A DNA stretch of 11,233 bases, from the sequence record SRR20825006_3114. One strand, written 5' to 3'. A program made the translations under genes and the position numbers. A model generated the notes under the pieces. It was not told the DNA's origin and ran no database searches. It saw only the letters and a program-made list of their open reading frames with translations. Below, piece by piece: positions 7,608 to 11,233 of this stretch (positions are counted from its first letter, which is position 1; every line of letters begins with the position of its first letter).

Positions 7608-8975
7608 TTATAAGCTAGGAACTTTTACGCTTCCTCCAACCCAACAGTTAAATTGAATTGTTTTTCCAGCCATACCAGAGCTAAAAATATCTTGTTTACT
7701 TGGCGCTCTACCTGCATAACTTGAAGCAGCTTGAGCAGACTTACTTTTTAATGATGGATCTACTTGACCAGCTTTTCTTGCCATGTCTGCAGCTTTCCAA
7801 TAAATTGCTCTTTTCTCAAATGTTGTACTTCCACAATCGTTAGCACTGTTTGCGTATAAACTAGCAATAATTAAGTAAGGAGTTCCGTTTGCAGGATTTA
7901 AATCCAACGCTTGTTGCGCATAGGTTCTAGAAGTAGACTTCTGACCTCTTTTTGCAGCTTTGCTAGACATATTAGTTAACTTCTTAGCTTTTTTGATTGG
8001 ATCCTTCTCTAAACTAATAGACTGTTTGAAAAAATCTGATGCTTTAGAACTGTTTCCTTGCTCTTCGTATAAAGATCCTAAGAAATATTTAGATTGAGCA
8101 GATGGCTCTAATTTATCTAATGCTTCCACTAACTTTACAAACATTGGATCTCCAGTACAACCCTTATCATCCATTCTTCCTGCAGCACTCTTTAACCATG
8201 CAGCATCGGTTTTATGAGCCTCAAAGTTTTTCTGATAAAGAGGAATTAAGTTATCACAATCTGCTAATTTACCTAATTTAGCATCTACACTACCGCTAAT
8301 TTTCTCATAGTTTTCACCATTCTGTCTTGCAGCAGCCAAAATTTTAGTCTCTTTACTTGTAAGAGTCCCTGCATCTTCTTTAGGAACATACTTAACGATA
8401 GTCTCTCCAAGCTCTTGATTTTCTTCAGCAATTTTTCCTGTTACATCGTCATAAGTATCAAAAACCTCTTGAAGGTCTTTTTTACCCGCAGCATTCAAGT
8501 CTACTAAAGTTGAGAAATACAAGTATAATGCTTTTGGATTTTTAAATCCATCTCTATCTTCTTTGTATGCTTTGTCTAATAAATTAAAGATTTCCTCATC
8601 AGAACCTAATTTCTGATCGTTCATCAATAAAGCTGCATCAATATTAGCATTGGTAACCGTGAATTTTTTAGGAAAATACTCAGGTCCTTTTTTATATACA
8701 TCGGCAAGCATTTTAATATAAGTATCTTTATTTGCTGGATCCGATTTAATTTTATTTTTTAAAATTAGCTCTCCGTAAACAAAAGTAGCATAGTGTAATT
8801 TAGGACAATTCTCATAAACCATTTTCCAAGGTTCATATGCTGCTTCATAGTTTTTCACTTTCGCATGTTGGGCGAATATGGACAAATTCTGCGGACATTC
8901 TGGGTTTTGTGCTTGCCCAAATGTTACAAAAGCAATCCCCAAAACACCAACCAATATTGAAATCTTCTTTTTCAT
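7608..8975 (-). CDS. Secreted/periplasmic tetratricopeptide-repeat protein, function unknown
   Basis: Sec signal peptide (MKKKISILVGVLGIAFVTFGQA|Q); TPR-like segments (YFLGSLYEEQGNSSKASDFFKQSISLE, YAQQALDLNPANGTPYLIIASLY); six Cys; 455 aa. Confidence 0.8.
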   Translation of the reverse strand: MKKKISILVGVLGIAFVTFGQAQNPECPQNLSIFAQHAKVKNYEAAYEPWKMVYENCPKLHYATFVYGELILKNKIKSDPANKDTYIKMLADVYKKGPEYFPKKFTVTNANIDAALLMNDQKLGSDEEIFNLLDKAYKEDRDGFKNPKALYLYFSTLVDLNAAGKKDLQEVFDTYDDVTGKIAEENQELGETIVKYVPKEDAGTLTSKETKILAAARQNGENYEKISGSVDAKLGKLADCDNLIPLYQKNFEAHKTDAAWLKSAAGRMDDKGCTGDPMFVKLVEALDKLEPSAQSKYFLGSLYEEQGNSSKASDFFKQSISLEKDPIKKAKKLTNMSSKAAKRGQKSTSRTYAQQALDLNPANGTPYLIIASLYANSANDCGSTTFEKRAIYWKAADMARKAGQVDPSLKSKSAQAASSYAGRAPSKQDIFSSGMAGKTIQFNCWVGGSVKVPSL

Positions 8976-9005
8976 TTATTTAATTTTATGGTTAACGTAT
9001 AATTC

Positions 9006-10274
9006 TTATCTAATTAAATTTTTTCTAAACCATTTGTCGTTAAGTGACAAACTTATAAAAACATTGAAATAATTCTCTTCTACTCTTCCTAAATAAGTGC
9101 TTCCTCTCTTTCCGAATTCAACACCTATGTTAGCGTTAGAGAAACCATTCATTGGTAAACCTAAACCAAAAGACATGCCAAAGTCGTGTACAGGCACATT
9201 ATTTACAAGCAAGCCCGTTTTTTCATTTTTCACCCCCACTCTATAAGTTACTCTTTTCCAATAATTTGTAAAAGAATCATAGTCTGGCGTCCAAAATGCT
9301 CCTGCTGAAAATCTTTCTCCATCTTCATACCCTCCATTAACTGGATTTACAAAATCGTTCTTAAACTCACTACTATTGGTTATTTCATACTCACCTCCAA
9401 CAAACCATGTGTATTTTTTTCCTACTCCCAAACCAACTGCATAGGATTCTGCCATATGCAAATATGTTGAATTAAGCCCGACTGCTGCTAAATCTACATT
9501 TTCAGTAACTCTAGGAACCTCAATTCCTGTTGAGTTTGCAACCAAAGTAGAGATTGATCTAGAATTACTAGAAGTAATCTTGGTTGCTGGCTTATATAAC
9601 ACAGACGACTGTAAATGTAACTTATTTGTTAATTCAGCGTCGTAATTTAATGAAAAATTAAAATCAAATCCACTATATTCTGATTCATTTTGAACTCTTG
9701 TACCATATTGAATGCCTTCTACATACCTAATCGACTCATTCTTAACTGTTCCGAAATTAAAATTTGCTTTAGCTCCAAGACTAAAATTATTCAAGAAATT
9801 TATTCCGTAGGCAAAAAAAGCTTTATTAATCCCTCCACTTCCTGAATATTTATCTAATTGTGCTGGCGAAATATCCTCATTAAGCGACTGCACACGGTAA
9901 CCTACAGAAGTATATGGCACTAAACCAAAACTCATTCCCATATTATTTCCCAAAGGAACTCCAACAGCAAGGTAATCAAAAGTTACATCTGAAGCATCTT
10001 GACTTTCCTCCTCCGTTTTTAATTTTAAAGAATGATAGCCACCACCAACAGTAAACGTTGTTAACTTAAGCTTTCCTAAAGAGGCAGGGTTATTAAGGTT
10101 TAAGTGAATACTATCTGTATAAACACTAATACCACCCATCGATCTATTTTCAACCAATCCTTTAAAACGTTGGTCTCCTGTACCGTAAAAAGAATAAGGC
10201 GACACACTTCCTTCCTGCGCAAAACTATAACTACATATAAACAATATAGCTACAATAAAAATCTGTTTAATCAT
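9006..10274 (-). CDS. bamG: FadL-like outer-membrane beta-barrel, probable BamG subunit of the Bacteroidota BAM complex
   Basis: Signal peptide (SFA|Q), FadL-type N-terminal region (SPYSFYG...RSMGG...NNPASL), many amphipathic beta-strands, last strand followed by NDKWFRKNLIR. Barrel call is strong. The bamG name rests on my recollection of its fold and position next to coaX, and needs a homology check. Confidence 0.65.
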   Translation of the reverse strand: MIKQIFIVAILFICSYSFAQEGSVSPYSFYGTGDQRFKGLVENRSMGGISVYTDSIHLNLNNPASLGKLKLTTFTVGGGYHSLKLKTEEESQDASDVTFDYLAVGVPLGNNMGMSFGLVPYTSVGYRVQSLNEDISPAQLDKYSGSGGINKAFFAYGINFLNNFSLGAKANFNFGTVKNESIRYVEGIQYGTRVQNESEYSGFDFNFSLNYDAELTNKLHLQSSVLYKPATKITSSNSRSISTLVANSTGIEVPRVTENVDLAAVGLNSTYLHMAESYAVGLGVGKKYTWFVGGEYEITNSSEFKNDFVNPVNGGYEDGERFSAGAFWTPDYDSFTNYWKRVTYRVGVKNEKTGLLVNNVPVHDFGMSFGLGLPMNGFSNANIGVEFGKRGSTYLGRVEENYFNVFISLSLNDKWFRKNLIR

Positions 10275-11002
10275 TAGTGTTTGTTGAGTTCTAAAATATA
10301 ATTAACTCCCTCCATGAGGAAATTCGGATGGGCAAATATGCTACTTTTTAATCTTTTAGACAAAAAATGACTATCCCCACCTGTTAAAATAACTGTTAAA
10401 TCTTTAAATTTTCTTTGATATTGTAGGATTGTAGCTTCAATTTCGTTGACAGTTCCATTTATAACTCCAGAAATCATACAAGTCTCTGTTGAGTTACCAA
10501 TGAAATTTTCTAGCCCGAAAGAATCTATTAACGGAAGCTTTGCTGTAAATGCATGCATTGCTTTGTAACGCATTCTAATTCCTGGAGAAATTGCCCCTCC
10601 TTTATAAACTCCCTTTTCATCTAAAAAATCATACGTAATACAAGTACCCGCATCTATTACTAAACAATTCTTTTGTGGATATGCATAAAAAGCTGCGGCT
10701 ACCAATGCAATTCTGTCTACGCCTAAAGTATTTGGTGTAGCATATTCATTTTTAAATGGTAGCTTAGAATTTTTATTTAATATTAAAACAGGAGCAAACA
10801 CAGAGAGTCCTTCTATATATGCATCCGACAATTTCCCCACTGAAGAAACCATTATTTTAGCTATTGAAGGATGGTTTTCAAAAATATTTGAAATTTTTTT
10901 CAAAAAATCCGACTCTACTGTTTGAGCAACCTCTACAACCTTATCTGCTTTGAATACAGCCACTTTGATAAAGGAATTCCCAACGTCTATGATTAAATTC
11001 AT
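10274..11002 (-). CDS. coaX: Type III pantothenate kinase
   Basis: IDVGNS, LGVDR, IDAGTC, GGAISPG, TGGD motifs; 242 aa; stop overlaps the next start (TAATG). Confidence 0.96.
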   Translation of the reverse strand: MNLIIDVGNSFIKVAVFKADKVVEVAQTVESDFLKKISNIFENHPSIAKIMVSSVGKLSDAYIEGLSVFAPVLILNKNSKLPFKNEYATPNTLGVDRIALVAAAFYAYPQKNCLVIDAGTCITYDFLDEKGVYKGGAISPGIRMRYKAMHAFTAKLPLIDSFGLENFIGNSTETCMISGVINGTVNEIEATILQYQRKFKDLTVILTGGDSHFLSKRLKSSIFAHPNFLMEGVNYILELNKH

Positions 11003-11053
11003 TCTAAAATATTAAGATTGTAAATTTACAAAACCATTTTTCTCAAAAAATAT

Positions 11054-11084
11054 TTTGCAGATATTAAATTTGCATCTATATTTG
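11054..11084 (+). promoter_or_regulatory. Consensus Bacteroidota promoter for tRNA-Phe (TTTG-N19-TATATTTG)
   Basis: TTTG at 11054-11057, TATATTTG at 11077-11084; a second TAnnTTTG (TAAATTTG) at 11065-11072. Confidence 0.8.
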
Positions 11085-11158
11085 CACCCGCAATCAAGCA
11101 ATGGACATCTTGGTTCTGTCGAAAGATAAGACAAAGAAAAAATTAAAGATTGTTAACT

Positions 11159-11231
11159 GGTGCCTTAGCTCAGTTGGTAGAGCAAAGGACTGAAAATCCT
11201 TGTGTCCCTGGTTCGATTCCTGGAGGCACCA
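11159..11231 (+). tRNA. trnF: tRNA-Phe (anticodon GAA)
   Basis: Acceptor GGTGCCT/AGGCACC, D-arm GCTC/GAGC, anticodon arm AAGGA-CTGAAAA-TCCTT (GAA at 11192-11194), T-arm with TTCGATT loop; discriminator A then CC up to the window end. Confidence 0.98.
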
Positions 11232-11233
11232 CC

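Noticed and set aside
8878..9072. 64-aa plus-strand ORF
   Set aside because: Antisense across the TPR start and barrel end; shadow ORF.
1..11233. CRISPR array, IS/integrase, prophage or defence system
   Set aside because: No spaced direct repeats, terminal inverted repeats, recombinase or nuclease motifs found; the genes look like housekeeping or envelope functions.

Overview
AT-rich core-genome region from a Bacteroidota bacterium, most likely Flavobacteriaceae (TAnnTTTG promoters, Gln after signal peptides, mevalonate genes). Left to right: the 5' part of a dipeptidyl peptidase IV gene (-, truncated by the window, absent from the ORF track); a + strand mevalonate pair (class II HMG-CoA reductase and a GYDIA-type GHMP kinase, probably phosphomevalonate kinase) ending at a bidirectional terminator; a long - strand cell-envelope cluster (coaX, a FadL-like beta-barrel that is probably BamG, a secreted TPR protein, lipoprotein-type lptC, a 64-aa membrane protein, a CNNM/CorC-family protein, ppiD); and a divergent tRNA-Phe(GAA) at the right edge. 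No mobile element, CRISPR array or defence system is visible. Most notable: a perfect 13-bp hairpin plus U7, shaped like an intrinsic terminator, inside the lptC signal-peptide codons, and a cluster linking BAM-, Lpt- and Sec-associated genes with uncharacterised TPR and small membrane proteins. All calls come from reading motifs by eye; no searches were run.
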